Source: Myxococcales bacterium (GTDB lineage: Bacteria; Myxococcota_A; Polyangia; Polyangiales; DASUME01). From it: 64,000 nt of DNA. The notes beneath the pieces are model-generated. The model did not search any database and was not told where the DNA came from. It saw nothing but the letters and a program-made list of their open reading frames with translations. The translations under genes and the position numbers were made by a program. Every line of letters starts with the position of its first letter. Position 1 is the first letter of the stretch. Positions 21,477 through 35,000 of the stretch are shown here, piece by piece. The DNA is taken from assembly GCA_047601445.1 (NCBI GenBank), contig JASGJH010000001.1, positions 64,001 to 128,000 on the forward strand, read 5' to 3'.

Positions 21477-22382
21477 ATGACCGCTACTACCACTACACCG
21501 CGAGTTGACGTTTATACCCGCGTCACCAATCGCATCATCGAGGATTTGGAACAAGGCGTCAGATCGTGGCAGCGGCCGTGGGATGCTGCGCATACGGCCG
21601 GCAGGATCACCAGGCCGCTACGCCACAATGGCGAGCGGTACAACGGCATCAACATCCTGCAGCTTTGGTACGCAGCTGAGACGAGCGGCTTTGCCTGTCC
21701 AATTTGGATGACCTATCAGCAGGCCATTGAACTTGGAGGGCACGTCAAGAAGGGGGAGCATGGCACGCCGGTGGTGTATGCGTCGAAATTCATCAAGAAG
21801 GAAACCGCCGACAGCGGCGACGAGGTAGAACGGGAGATTCCTTTCTTGAAGGAATACACGGTGTTCAATGCTGAGCAGTGCGACGGCTTGCCGGAGCGGT
21901 TTTACCAGCTCCAGCAGCAACCTACGGAGACCATGCAGCGGATCGAACAGGCTGATCGGTTCTTCTCCAACACGAAAGCCGACATCCGGCACGCCGGCAA
22001 CCAGGCTTGCTACAGCGTGACGGGGGATTACATAAGAATGCCTCCCTTTGAATGTTTCCGCGATGCGGAGAGTTATTGTGCTACGCTAGCCCATGAAATG
22101 ACGCACTGGACCCGGTACCCGTCACGGCTCAACCGCGACTTCGGCCGCAAACGGTTTGGCGATGAAGGTTACGCCGTTGAAGAACTAGTTGCGGAATTGG
22201 GAGCCGCTTTCCTGTGTGCCGACCTGTCGATTACCGCGGAGCCCCGCCCCGATCACGCCGGTTACATCGAGAATTGGCTGACGGTGTTGAAAAACGACAA
22301 GCGGGCCATTTTCAGTGCCGCAAGCCATGCCAGCCGGGCGGTGGATTTCATGCACAAACTACAGCCCACCGATGCAACTTGA
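21477..22382 (+). CDS. ardC: ArdC-family antirestriction/ssDNA-binding protein with zincin-like domain
   Basis: YNGINILQLW, WMTYQQA, VKKGEHG, YTVFNAEQ, LAHEMTHW, YAVEELVAELGAAFL; SD GAGGAGG. Confidence 0.92.
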   Translation: MTATTTTPRVDVYTRVTNRIIEDLEQGVRSWQRPWDAAHTAGRITRPLRHNGERYNGINILQLWYAAETSGFACPIWMTYQQAIELGGHVKKGEHGTPVVYASKFIKKETADSGDEVEREIPFLKEYTVFNAEQCDGLPERFYQLQQQPTETMQRIEQADRFFSNTKADIRHAGNQACYSVTGDYIRMPPFECFRDAESYCATLAHEMTHWTRYPSRLNRDFGRKRFGDEGYAVEELVAELGAAFLCADLSITAEPRPDHAGYIENWLTVLKNDKRAIFSAASHASRAVDFMHKLQPTDAT

Positions 22383-22521
22383 TCCAACTCGTTCACCGGG
22401 CGTTCCATTGAATGGTACGCAATCCGGGCCAAATTGATCCCGCGAATCCAGACGAGAGCCAATAAAAAGGCCCCACGACGTAATACGGTGGGGCCTGGAA
22501 TTATCGGGCTTAAGTCACTGC

Positions 22522-22887
22522 TTAAGCTTGAATAGCCTTCAGGATTGCCGTAGCCGTTTCGTAGCTGCCAGCCGATGCCAAGAGCTGACGAGCGTGCTTG
22601 ATTGCATCGACCCACGAGGCCGGCGCGGCACTATTGCTCGGTGCGGGCTTGCCGGCTGCTGTAGCGGCGGCTGTTGCCTTGCGCCGGCCACGTTTGACAT
22701 TGGTCTTTGACTTGACCATGTAGATTTGATGGATGCTTACACTGTGGCCGAATTGCTTTTTAACTTCATCGACAATCTCTTTCCCTGCGGCTTTCGGCAA
22801 GGCTTTGACCACCATGCGAATCGCCAAACTCTTGTTTTGCTTGGGATCGGTCCTGTCGCCACTGAACGCAACTGCTTTCTTTGCCAT
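22522..22887 (-). CDS. Small basic Ala/Lys-rich protein, probably DNA-binding
   Basis: NKSLAIR...KEIVDEVKKQFG helix pattern and basic linker. Confidence 0.55.
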   Translation of the reverse strand: MAKKAVAFSGDRTDPKQNKSLAIRMVVKALPKAAGKEIVDEVKKQFGHSVSIHQIYMVKSKTNVKRGRRKATAAATAAGKPAPSNSAAPASWVDAIKHARQLLASAGSYETATAILKAIQA

Positions 22888-23239
22888 TCTTCGATACTCT
22901 TCGGCTTGTGGATAGGTTACTGAATTGCCAACGTATTTGTGTGCCAGTTGATCGTCAACCGTAGGTGAAAGGAAAGAGCCTCACATTGTGCCAAGTACTG
23001 ACGATTACAAGGCGATCAAAAAACTGTGAGATATGTAATGTTTCGTGATTTTCCCCTTGGACGGAACGTCAATCAGCCAGCACGGCCTACCGTATAGTCG
23101 ATAGCGCTTTTGGCTTCGCCGGCTTCCTGCCGGCGACCAGGGAAAACGCGGCCCCTCTCCCCTGGACCCCTCTACCCTCTTCTCTGTTGTTCCGTTTGAA
23201 GCAGTGTTTCACAGTGGATGCTCAACGGCATTTCCGAGC

Positions 23240-23557
23240 TCACAGCCCCGGCCCACGATAGGGCTGCAGTTCCATTTGTTTCATGTCGGTCAGAATGGCT
23301 TGCCAGGTTTGCTCGGCAAGCTTGCCATCGGCCAGATCGGCAAATTGCGGATGTCCCTTCCCCGGCACGTTGAAGTGCGTGCGGCAGGTGCAGCCGAGGT
23401 AGTCGTTGGCCACCGACGCGGACACGATAAAGATGTGGCTGCGGCCCGTGAAGTGGAACGTCACCTCGCCGCTGCTCTCGTTGGTAATTTCGATCCGCCA
23501 GCGGCGCGGTTGCACGTCGCGTTCGATCCATTGTTTGAGTTCATCCAGGCTCGCCAT
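23240..23557 (-). CDS. Hypothetical protein
   Basis: 105-aa ORF with protein-like composition. Confidence 0.45.
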   Translation of the reverse strand: MASLDELKQWIERDVQPRRWRIEITNESSGEVTFHFTGRSHIFIVSASVANDYLGCTCRTHFNVPGKGHPQFADLADGKLAEQTWQAILTDMKQMELQPYRGPGL

Positions 23558-23962
23558 TCGAGCTTGGTAGCGCAGTGCGGATCACCACGCAACAAAATAC
23601 GCCCTCTCGACCGTCCTGCCCCTCCTCCCCGTCCCAGCTTGCAATCAGCCAGTTAGCGGGCTGGCTTTGGCTCATCCAGCATCAGGCGTCTTCCCTTAGC
23701 AGTGCTAAGGTGGAGTTTTACCGTAAAACCACCCTTAAGAAACAACTCCTGCGACAGGGCTACCTGCGCATGATGGACATGTCTGCACTGCTCCATGTTC
23801 ACTTGTCGCCATGTCTACACGTAGCGAGTTCTACCCGTAAACATGGTGGCGTGTTGTATTCGCAACAGTTCATCAAGCATACGAATCTACCAATAGCAGT
23901 GTGGCCCCGTATCGTGTCATACAAGTTGACAAGTGACCTGATCTACATGTACGTCTTATCCT

Positions 23963-24589
23963 ATGCATGTGATTGCGGTTCTGTCTCAAAAGGGAGGAGC
24001 GGGGAAGACAACTCTCGCCGTCCATCTGGCTGTCGCCGCCGAGCAAGCGGGGCAAGCTGCCGCCATCATTGACCTTGATCCCCAAGCCAGCGTCACCGGC
24101 TGGGCCGATAGCCGATCCTCGGATGCCCCGGCCGTTGTTTCGGCCCAAGCGAGCCGCTTGCGGCAGGTGCTGGACGTGGCCGAACGGGGAGGGGCCGCAC
24201 TGGCCATCATCGACACAGCTCCGCACTCTGAAAGCGCTGCACTGGCCGCCGCACGTGAGGCGGATTTGATTTTGATTCCCTGTCGTCCGGCCATTCTCGA
24301 CTTAAGAGCAATTGGGCAGACAGTGGACCTCGCTCGCCTGGCCGGCAAGCCCGCGGCCATTGTGCTCAACGCGGTTCCGCCGCGTGGCACGTTAACGGAT
24401 GAAGCTGTCCAAGCGGTCGAAGCGTATGGCTTGCCGGTGGCTCCCATTTATCTGGGCCACCGCGCATGCGCTCGTGCATTGTCTCACGGCAGGTCTGGCG
24501 GCTCAGGAATTCGAGCCGGAGGGGAAGGGGGCAAAGGAAGTCGAACGGCTATTTCGGTGGACGCAACAACAATTGGAGAAACAACATGA
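23963..24589 (+). CDS. parA: ParA-family partition ATPase (short plasmid type; frameshift near 24467)
   Basis: QKGGAGKTT, IDLDPQAS, IIDTAP, ADLILIPCRP. Confidence 0.92.
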   Translation: MHVIAVLSQKGGAGKTTLAVHLAVAAEQAGQAAAIIDLDPQASVTGWADSRSSDAPAVVSAQASRLRQVLDVAERGGAALAIIDTAPHSESAALAAAREADLILIPCRPAILDLRAIGQTVDLARLAGKPAAIVLNAVPPRGTLTDEAVQAVEAYGLPVAPIYLGHRACARALSHGRSGGSGIRAGGEGGKGSRTAISVDATTIGETT

Positions 24590-24861
24590 CCAGCAAAAAA
24601 CCGAGCTTGTCGGCAGCTCTTCGTGAGGTTACGGAGCGACGTGGCCGACTGAAGTGGTCGTCGAGCAGCCGCAGCCGGCCCCCAAGGTAACGAAACCACC
24701 AGCCAGGCAGGGCACAAAAGTCGTGTCGGGCCACTTTGATCCGGCCGTGTCGAAGCAGTTGCGCCTTGCTGGCCATAGAGCGCGACACCAATCTCCAAGA
24801 CTTGCTGGCCGAAGCCATCAATGACCTCTTCGCCAAATACCAGAAGAGCCAGATCGCATGA
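24586..24861 (+). CDS. Ribbon-helix-helix partition partner, ParG-like (frameshifted)
   Basis: MTSKKPSLSAAL start overlapping parA; second frame VSGHFDPAVSKQLRLLAIERDTNLQDLLAEAINDLFAKY. Confidence 0.7.
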
Positions 24862-24916
24862 AGATACCAGCGACCACAGACGCATTCCGAAAAAGTGCCT
24901 ACAGCGACTCGGTTGC

Positions 24917-25522
24917 GTCAGGAGTTTCGACGGCGCGGGGAGGGGAGTCTCCTCGGTAAGCGGCAGTTCTTGTTGTCGCGAAGCGTCCTTGAGATGATAC
25001 GACCTCACGAACGCCAAGCGATCGCCATTGAACATAAAACGAATGTTGACAAAAAACACGCCGTCGCTGGGGCTGCGGTAGAGGAATTCCTTTTCAAGCA
25101 ACTCACGAACGCCACGTTGGTAGGTCCGGTCACTCATGCCGTCTCTTCGCTACGTATTGATTGAGTTTGATTTCGTCCGAGCCGGGATTGGCCCGCATCT
25201 GGTAGTAAACCAGCTCGAACACCTGAATCCCAGTCTTCGAGAGACCGGCAGCCTGCCGGATGCCATCCAGAAACAACTTCACGAAGTGCGTGGTATCGAC
25301 TTCTTCTTCCCACCAGAAGCCCATGCCCCCGATGCCTTTGATTTCGCCGGTGCTGTTATCGACGATGACCGAGGCTTTGCCCCCCGGTACATGGAACCGG
25401 CGGCTGCGACTGGGGATCCCAGTCGTCGAGGGAATGCTGGGGTTCGTGCGATAGACGGGAAAGCCACGCTTCGTGCTGATCTGATTCGTTGGAAGTGTCG
25501 CCAGTTGGCGTTCATCCGTCAT
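24917..25522 (-). CDS. RepL-like plasmid replication/maintenance protein (frameshift near 25135; 3' end approximate)
   Basis: EVDTTHFVKLF, SDRTYQRGVRELLEKEFL HTH, FFVNIRFMFNGDR. Confidence 0.7.
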
Positions 25523-26048
25523 TTTAAGCCTCCGATTTTGTCACTAGACAGTCAGGACACTGGCACATTAGCGACAAAGTGCAAGGGCTTTTTGACGGTT
25601 GGCCGACTGCTCTTGACGGGGGACCGTCAAAATCTGTCGTTTCGCCTTGAAGGAAATCAAAGACTTACGCGGTTCCCTTTTCTGTATTAAAACCCTCCCT
25701 GCAAATCCCGCCGCCGGAGCGCACCCCAACAGTGCTGCGCAGGCGGCGGGATTCCTGCGCCATTGCAAGACCACCGAAATGCTCGTGCTCTCGGTAGTCA
25801 TTCTTTTATTTTTGATGAATGCTCATTTGCATGCTTGACAGTCGGTAGAGCAGTTCTATAGATTTACCCCCCGGCCAGTTAACCCCTCTTGGAGAGCGGT
25901 TAACTTGGCCTATGCGCGAGGGGGCTAACGCCAGAATCCTAGGTAGCCACTACCCCCGGAACATCTTCTAGGCAAAACGGAACGCCCACTTCGCGTAAGC
26001 GGCTTTTCCGTTCCTACCCTCCTCACACTTTTTGCTTTCCAAGCATTC

Positions 26049-29000
26049 ATGCTTCCAGTGTGCGCTGACCCCAAGGACGTGCCATGCGCCTCTCTAACTG
26101 GCTCTTTTCCGTGCTTTCGTCGCAACTCAGCAGCTCGCCGAAAATCGATCCAGACCGACAGCGCCGCAATCGCCGAATGTTTCTCAAAACTTGGAAGGTC
26201 GTTATGCCCTGACCGCTTACTTCTACTCGGCTGGTGTCAGCTCATTGGCTAACGGCTTCGTCGAAGACCGGTTCGATTGTTTTCAACCGCGGCACCGACG
26301 ATGGCAATTTCACAAGTGACGACCTGACCATCCATTACACCCTGAGCGCGGCCACACGTGGCACGGACTATACAACCTCGCTGAGTAGCAGCGGAACTGT
26401 GGTCATTCATGGAGGGAGTGATTCGGTGGAGTATGACGTTGTCGGCGTTAACGATGACATTACGGAAGGGGATGAAACCATCACGGTGAACATCACTTCC
26501 GTATCAGATTCGTTGAGTCGGACCTATACAACGTCGGATGGTGAGACCTATTTGGACCGGTCACATCGATGACAACGGCGACGGGCGATACGCCCAGCAC
26601 GCCCACGGTCTCAATCGTCTCCAACGGCAACGCCTCAGAGTCTGGTCCGACGAGCAATACCTTTACCGTCTCTCGTACCGGTTCGACGAGCAGCTCCTTG
26701 GCCGTCAGCTACACAGTGGGTGGTACGGCCAGCGCCGGTCCCGATTACACCAGCCTGAGCGGGAGCGTCACGATTCCAGCCGGCTATTCGTCGGCGAACA
26801 TTACCGTCACTCCACAGCAGGATTCGACCTACGAGGGGAATGAAACGGTCATCGCCACGCTGACGGACGGTGGTAGCTACGATCTGGGCACTCCCTATAC
26901 GGCCACGATGACGATCAAATGACAACGACTCGCAGCCGACGATCAGCATCGGGGACTGGTCGGGATTGGAGTCGAGCATCTGCTCCGTTCCCGGTGACGT
27001 TATCCAATCCTTCGAGCCAAACAATCACCGTCCATTATGCCACGTCAGACGGCTCAGCCACCGCTGGCTACGATTACACGTCCACCAGTGGAACGGTGAT
27101 GTTCTCCCCTGGTGTCACCAGCCAATCGATAAGTGTCACGATCGCGCACGATTCCACGGACGAGACGGATGAAGACTTTGACGTTGACCTCTCCATCGAA
27201 TGCCAGCATCTAGCGACGGCTCGGCCACGGGGACCATTCAAGACGACGATGGGCCGACCATCTCCATCAGCGATGCGACTGCCGTAACGGAAGGTGGCAC
27301 GCTCAGTTTTACCGTTAGTTGGAGTGCATCCAGCCCACAAACGGTGACGGTTTATTACTCCACGCAAGATGGCACGCAACTTCCAGCAGCGGCGATTACA
27401 CCGCGATTAGCACGACGATGCTCACGTTCACGCCAGGTACGACTTCTCAGTCCGTGAGTGTGGTTACACACCAAGATTCACGCGATGAAGCCAACGAGAC
27501 GGTATATGTAAACCTGTCGGGTCCCACCAACGCCACGATCTCCGACTCTCAGGGGACGGGGACCATGAACGACGACGATCCCACGCCCACGGTCTCCATC
27601 GACGACGTGTCCATCTCCGAAAGCGGCGGAGTGCTTACCTCACGGTCTATCTGGACGCTCTCAGTGGGCAAAACGTCTCGGTCCACTATGCTTCGTCCAA
27701 CGGGTCTGCAACAGCCGGTTATGACTACACTTCCGAGAGCGGCACCGCCACGATCTATGAAGGGCAATGGAGCACGCTCATCGAGATTCCCATCACCAAC
27801 GACAGCATTGACGAAGATGATGAAACTTTGACCGTAACGCTCAGTTCGCCGGTCAACTGCACCATCGACGATGGGACGGGAACGGTCACCATTCTCGACA
27901 ACGTACTGCCCCGACGATCAGTATCGGAGACGTGACGGTCAACGAGTCTGCCGGCCCACCAATTTCACCGTGACTCTTGCCTCCGCCAGCGGCAAAGCGG
28001 TCTCGGTGGGTTACGCGACTGGACGATGGGTCCGCCGTGGCACCCGACGATTATGAGGACACCAGCGGCACCTTGAATTTTACGGCTGGTCAGACGAGTA
28101 AGACGATTTCGGTGCCCATCGCCAATGATTCACTCTATGAAGATTACGGAGAACTTTTTCGTCAACCTGTCTGGTGCGACTAATCCACGATCAGCGATAG
28201 CCAAGCGCAAGGGACGATCACCGACAACGATCACTGGAGCGTCTCCATTCAAGCGGTTGCCGATGCGTTCGAGACGGGCGAACAAGACGGTTCGTTCGTC
28301 ATCACGCGGTCGGGTGAATCCGATAAGTCAAATGCTCTGACTGTGAACTTTACAGTTAGCTCTTCCAGCACGGCCACCCCAGGTGTGGATTACCTAGATT
28401 CTCTCCGGAACATCCGTTACGATTCCGGCTGGCCGAAGCTTCGGTAACCCTTCCCGTGTCGGCCATTGACGATTCGCTGGTCGAAGGAAAGGAGTCGGTC
28501 ATCGTCGAGCTGGACGATGACGCTATCACTACCGAGTTGGTGGTTCCGATGCGGCCACGGTCTGGATCATGGATGACAACGTGCAGCCGACGGATTCTCA
28601 AACCTGCGTACTGCGCTCCTTCCGGGACCGGTGTCCTACCGCAGTTAGGTTTGGGAGAGGGGAAGGTTGTAGCTGCCGGCACGCCCGCGGGTTCGCTCGG
28701 GGCGGGGATGGGTGTCTCGGCCCTCGGTGGACTCGTTAACCTATCGTCCGGTGATCCACGTCCCATTGTCGCGATCGACACGACATTTACCTATCATAAC
28801 CACCGCGCCGACGACGTTAACGGCGAGCTCACTATCGGTGGAGTGGCTGGTCCCGTGGTTTACTACGCATCCAACGGGGTTTTCACCTACCGCTTCGTAT
28901 CGATTTGCGTCGCAGGTTGATGCCTCGTCTCTGGCTACGGGTCGCTATGCCTGGACGTATGAAATCGTTCAGACTTTTGGCACGGGAGGGATGCCCAACG

Positions 29001-32000
29001 CACTACCCGCACATATAGCGGCTACATCGATATCAATAACCTGAGCAGTAGCTCCTTTGGTAATCGATGGACGTTAACTGGCCTGGACCGCTTGGACGGA
29101 AGCAACTCGGGCGGCCAATTGCTCGTAATGGGGGGAGGGAAACATGTTGTTCTTCCCCTCCGACGGTTCGGGCGGCTATCTGCACGCTAACGGAGACGGC
29201 GACAACTCCACCCTAACACATAACAGCGATGGTACGTTCACACTGAGTTCTCGCGACGGCAGCCTCAGCAAGTTCAACTCCAGCGGTGTCTTGACCGAGC
29301 GTGATGACCGAGCCGGCAATGCCGTGACGTATCACTATTCGAGCGGCAATCTGAGCTACGTCGAAGACTCCGCGGGACGCACGGTAACACTGGGTTATAC
29401 CAGCGGTAAAGTGACCAGCATCACCGATCCGGCAGGCCGCGTCACCACACTGGCCTACGATGGCTCTGGCCGGCTGACGTCGGTGACTGATCCCGATCCC
29501 GATGGGTCTGGTTCGGCGACATGCACCAGACAACCTTCACCTACAATTCGACGACGAGTCTTCTTACGGCATTTGACGCGGGCGATAGTCAGACGGCCAG
29601 CCTGGCTTACAACACCGATCGAACCCTACAGTCGGCAATGCGCGGCAGCGGCGTGGCGCAAGCGTATGCCCCGCAGCAAGCCGCCGGTCTCGTACTTCCT
29701 TCCACGGGGGTCGGCACAAGTGGCACTCCCGCAGTGCTCTTTCTTACGTCCAACGTCAACGGCGCGACGACCGATGGGCTGAGTCAGACATCGACGTTTA
29801 CTGCCGATCCGCGGGGCCTCATGCTCACATCAACTGATGCCGCCGGAAATGTTACGTCTTTCGTGCGCAATGCCGACGGCCAGATTACGCAACAAACGGA
29901 CCCCGATCCAGATGGTTCTGGTTCGCTCCCCGCGCCGGTCACGACGTATACCTACGATTCCTACGGCAACACAACCGGTATGACGCATCCCGATGGCTCG
30001 ACCGAAAGCTGGACCTACGATAGTACGTTCCATCAGCTAACGAGCCACACGGATCAGTTGGGCCATGTTACGTGCTACACCTTGACTTCCAACGGCCAAG
30101 TGGCCACGGAACCAGAGAAGTGATCGGAGCGGTGGATGGAGTGGGGAATTCTGAGACCAACGACCTAGTCACTTCCTATACCTACACCGCTGCACCTAGT
30201 AGCATTGGCGACCCACCAGCCGGATTAGTTGCAACGATGACCGATCCGCTCGGACGAGTTACCGCCTACGAGTACGACCGGCACAGCAACGTCCTGAGCA
30301 TCACCTATGCCGTGGGGACTGACGACGAAGCCGAGGTGAGTTACGAATACAATTCGGCTGATGAGCCGACAGCGTCGATCGATGAGCTAGGACGACGGAC
30401 CGAGTATGCCTACGACGATGCGGGCCGAAACTCCGATGACGCTCCCTGACCCGGACGGCAGCGGCTCATTAACTTCCCCGGTGTTTTACTACACGTACAA
30501 CGGCAATGGCCAACTCGTTACAGAAACCGATCCCTTAGGGCATGTAACGACCTATGCCTACGATAGTCGCGGACGACAAACGTCGGTTACCTCCCCCGAT
30601 CCCGATGGCAGCGGCTCGCTGACCGCTCCAGTAACTTCGAGCGCCCCTATGACGACAACGACCAGTTGACGAGTACGACCGATCCACTCGGTCACGTCAC
30701 CACCTATGACTACAACTCGATCGGGCAGCAGACCTCGGGTTACGCTCCCCGATCCCGATGGGAGTGGCTCGCTAACAGCTCCGGTTTCTTCCTCGACTTA
30801 CGATCATCTGGGGCGAGTCATCACGACAACCGATCCGTTGGGGATGTCACCACTTACGCCTATGCCGACTACGGCCGTCAGGTCACCGTGACCTCGCCCG
30901 ATCCCGATGGCAGTGGTCCGTCGGCCAGCCCTGTCACCGTGACGTATTACGACGCGGCCGGTAACGTTAGTCAGCAGGTCGATGCCCTTGGTGGCGTCAC
31001 TGATTATGCGTATGACGATGCGGGTAGGCTCCTGACTGTGACGCAACCCGACCCTGATGGTAGTGGTTCGCTGACGCGGCCCGTGACGACGTACACCTAC
31101 GATAAAGCCGGTAATCTACTGACGACGACCGATCCGCTGGGCCGTGTCACCACTCGGGTTTATGACAATCGCAATCGCCTGATCGAAATGGACCAAGCGG
31201 ACCCGGACGGCAGCGGCTCGCTCATCTGCCAGTGACGACATACGTCTATGACGCAGCGGGTCAACTGACGAAGCTGCCCCACTGCTCGAACGGACAACAA
31301 GCTACGTGTACGACAATCTGGGCCGCCAGATCACCGTCACTCAACCCGATCCCGATGACAGCGGTTCCCTCTATTCGGCCCGTTTCGCACTACGCTTACG
31401 ATGCAGCCAGCCGCCTCACCAGCATGACCGACGCACTCGGGAATGTGACTACCTACGCCTATGACAACTTAGGGCGCAAAACGAGCGTAACCCTGCCTGA
31501 CCCGGACGGCAGTGGTTCGCTCACCGCCCCGGTCAGTTCCAAACGTTTACGATGTGGCGAGTCGGGTTACGTCGAGTACCGACACGATGGGCCGCGTCAC
31601 CACCTATGTCTATGACAACCTTGGCCGGCAAACCAGTGTTACGGCCCCGGACCCAGACGGCAGCGGCTCGCTTACTTCGCCGCGGTCACTTCCTACGTCT
31701 ATAACGCTGCCAGCAACCTTACCAGCATGACCGACCCGCTGGGGCATGCGACGACGTACACCTACGATCATTTGGGACGGCAGACGAGCGTTACTGACCC
31801 TGAGACCGGGGTAACCAGCTACACGTATGACGCTGCTGGTGATCGGCTCACACTGACTGATCCCATCGGCAACACCACAACCTGGGCCTATGACAAACTC
31901 GGACGGGTTACCAGCGAAACAAACCAGCTTACGTATGCCCGGCCTTACGAATACGACGCGGTGGGCAATCTGACGCAGAAGACTGACCGTGACAGTCGGG

Positions 32001-35000
32001 TTACCCAATACGTCTATGACAACCTGAATCGCAACACGGCTGAAAATTGGCTGGATGGCAGTTCCAGCATCATTTACACGATCAGCTTTGAGTACGACGC
32101 GGCAGGCCAGCTTACCGAGGCGGCGAAATCCGGCCGCTACGTACACCTACACGTATGACAACCTGGGCCGGCCAACCGCACAAAACCAGGAACTGGATGG
32201 CCTGACGCCAGAGTTGGAATACCAGAGTCAGTACAGCGCCTTGGGGTTGCTAACTCAGGTCCAAGCCCAAATCGGTAGCACCAACGATTTCAAGAATACC
32301 TATGAGTACGACAACCTGCAGCGGCTGACGATCCTGACGCAGCAGGGGGTTAGTGGCGGCAATGCGGTAGCTGCGAAGAGCAACGACTTCAGTTACTACG
32401 CCGACGGCCAATTCAAACAGATTGACCGCTACGCAAATACGGCGGGCACGCAGCACGTTGCCAGCACCTTCTATGGCTACGACGGAATGGGACGGTTGAC
32501 GAGTCTCATTCATTCGACCGACTCAACAGCTCCTAGCAGTGGCTGGGGGAGCGGTGCGCTTTCCAGGGCATCAGTTGACCTACGATGCAGAGAGCCGAAT
32601 CACAGCCAATAACTCAAAACTTGACGGTTCGACCAGCTACACCTACGACAACACCAATCAGTTGACCGGTGCCGACCATCCCTCAGGCCAAACGGACGAG
32701 AGCTACACCTACGATGCCAACGGTAACCGCAACAACACCGGCAATCAGATTACTGACAATAACCGGCTGACGTTCGACGGTACGTATCTCTACGAGTACG
32801 ACGGCGAAGGGAATATGACGGCCCGCACCAATGTCAATACGCGAGCACGAACCACCTATGAATGGGATTATCGCAATCGCCTGACAGCCGTCAATCAACT
32901 GACGGCTCAGCCCTTTGAAGACGACGGTTTCGGCACGATGTGGGGTTGGGGCGAAGAGTAGCGCCAGACTTTAGCTATGGAGGCGGCGTTGGCTGGGGCT
33001 CAGGCTCGGGAAGTACCTCCGCATCCTTTGAATATGATGAGGAGACGAGTTACGACTCGGGCCTTTCGGCAACCGTGACCTCGGCCACCGAAGGCAGCGA
33101 TATTCTGGTCGATGTTTCGTCAACCGGTTCGTACCCCGATAGCGAAGGTCCACACGTCAATTTTAGCTACCTGGTGGAAGACGTTTCGGCAATCGATGGC
33201 GTTGACTATACGAATCCTGCTGTCACTTGGCAAAATGCTTCGACCTATGATTCGGGCGACGGCTATCAGATCGTCATTCCCACCACAGCGGATACGGTGG
33301 CGGAAGTGACTAAATCCATTCGGATTTTTGTTCGGCTCGATGATGACCATAGCGCGGTCTTCGAGCTGGAGGCGGATATCTACGACGATGACGCGACGAG
33401 CACTAACGTGGACGTGGTCGCTCAACCGGCGACGGAGGGAAGCGATGTCGTGCTGTGCGTTTCCGGCGATGTGGCAATGGATTACGAGTATTACGTCGAG
33501 GACATGTCGGCCATCGCCGGCGTGGACTACATCGACCCCAACTATACGAGTTCCAGCAGTTGGGCTGCCGTCGGCAGTGGGGGGCTGATCACATTCCAGA
33601 CGTTTGCGACCACCAACAATACCGAGTATCAGCCGCCGCAGTCCTTCAAGATTCACGTTCGTGTGGCAGGCGATCCGGCCAGCGAAGTCGAGGTCGAGGC
33701 TGACATTCTGGATGATCTGGCCGATACGCCCTACGACACGGTGCAGACGGTGCAGTACGAGTACGACCCGTTCGATAAGCTCGTCAAGCGTTCGTTTGAC
33801 GACGATGGCGATGGAGCGGATGACCTCACCGATAGCTACTTCTCCTGGCTCGGGAATCAGATGGCACTGCAGTTCCCGGGGGACTCGGCCAGCGACCTGG
33901 CGCACCGTGACTTGTGGGGGCCGAATGTCGATCAACTGCTGGCCGATGAGGCGGTCTCCAGCCTGTCATCAGCCGGCAGCGTGATTTATCCGTTCGCCGA
34001 TCAGCTTGGTACTACAGAGGACTTCACTCTTGCCGATGGCGGGACCGCGCCACGACTATCGCTAATCACCGCGTCTTTGATTCCTATGGGAACATCACCA
34101 GTCAAACCGATAGCGGTGTGACGATTGCCTTTGGTTACACCGGGGCGATGTTCGATGTGGACACAGGTTTGCAGTATAATCACGCCCGGTGGTCACGAAT
34201 ACAGAGCTAGGAAAGTGGATCAGCGAAGACCCAACCGGACTACGGCCCGACACAAACCTGTCGAGGTATGTCGGTAACAGCCCGACGATCTATGTCGATC
34301 CGAGTGGCCTGTGGAAGCGCAATGCGTGGAGCCGTAATGGTGACGCCTATGCGGGTGATGTAATTGCGGAACGGGATGGAGAACAAGTCTACACCGCAGC
34401 GTACCTAGTGACTGGGAGATGGGTCGGACTACATTGGCCTTCCCGAATTTAGTCAACCAGTAAAAAAGGATTGCAAGTTTCCAATCAATGGCCTGCTCAA
34501 GAAGTTTGAGAGCCGGCTTCTCGCGTAAATGTTCGTAGCACGACCCAGTCATTCAAGGCTGTTTTCCCTCAGGCGAACCAGACTTTTGAAAATGGCAGCG
34601 ATCCTCTTAATGCGGCTGCTATAAACACTTACTTTCGGGGGTGCAGGCATCGACGAGCAGATTGCCTTGGTGCAGCCATACTCGTCCTAGCTTAAAGGGC
34701 TGCTCGACACGTTGCTGCCGGGTGAGTTTGACAAGTTATATGATCTATCAAGGATACCACTCGAACCTTTAACAGGGGCTGTGCCAAAGCCAGGCGATTG
34801 GGGCTACATTCAAAACGACACGAACTATCTTACCGTGCATCCTTATGGAGGCTACCAAGGCGAAAATGTTATTAACGTCGGCTCAGATCAATGGTGGGGC
34901 TTTCCAGGTGGTACCAACACGTTCCAAGGCTGGGTGAAGACTCTGATTGACCAAATTCAATTCTGGATTAGCCGATGACAAGCAAATACATACGATTCCG

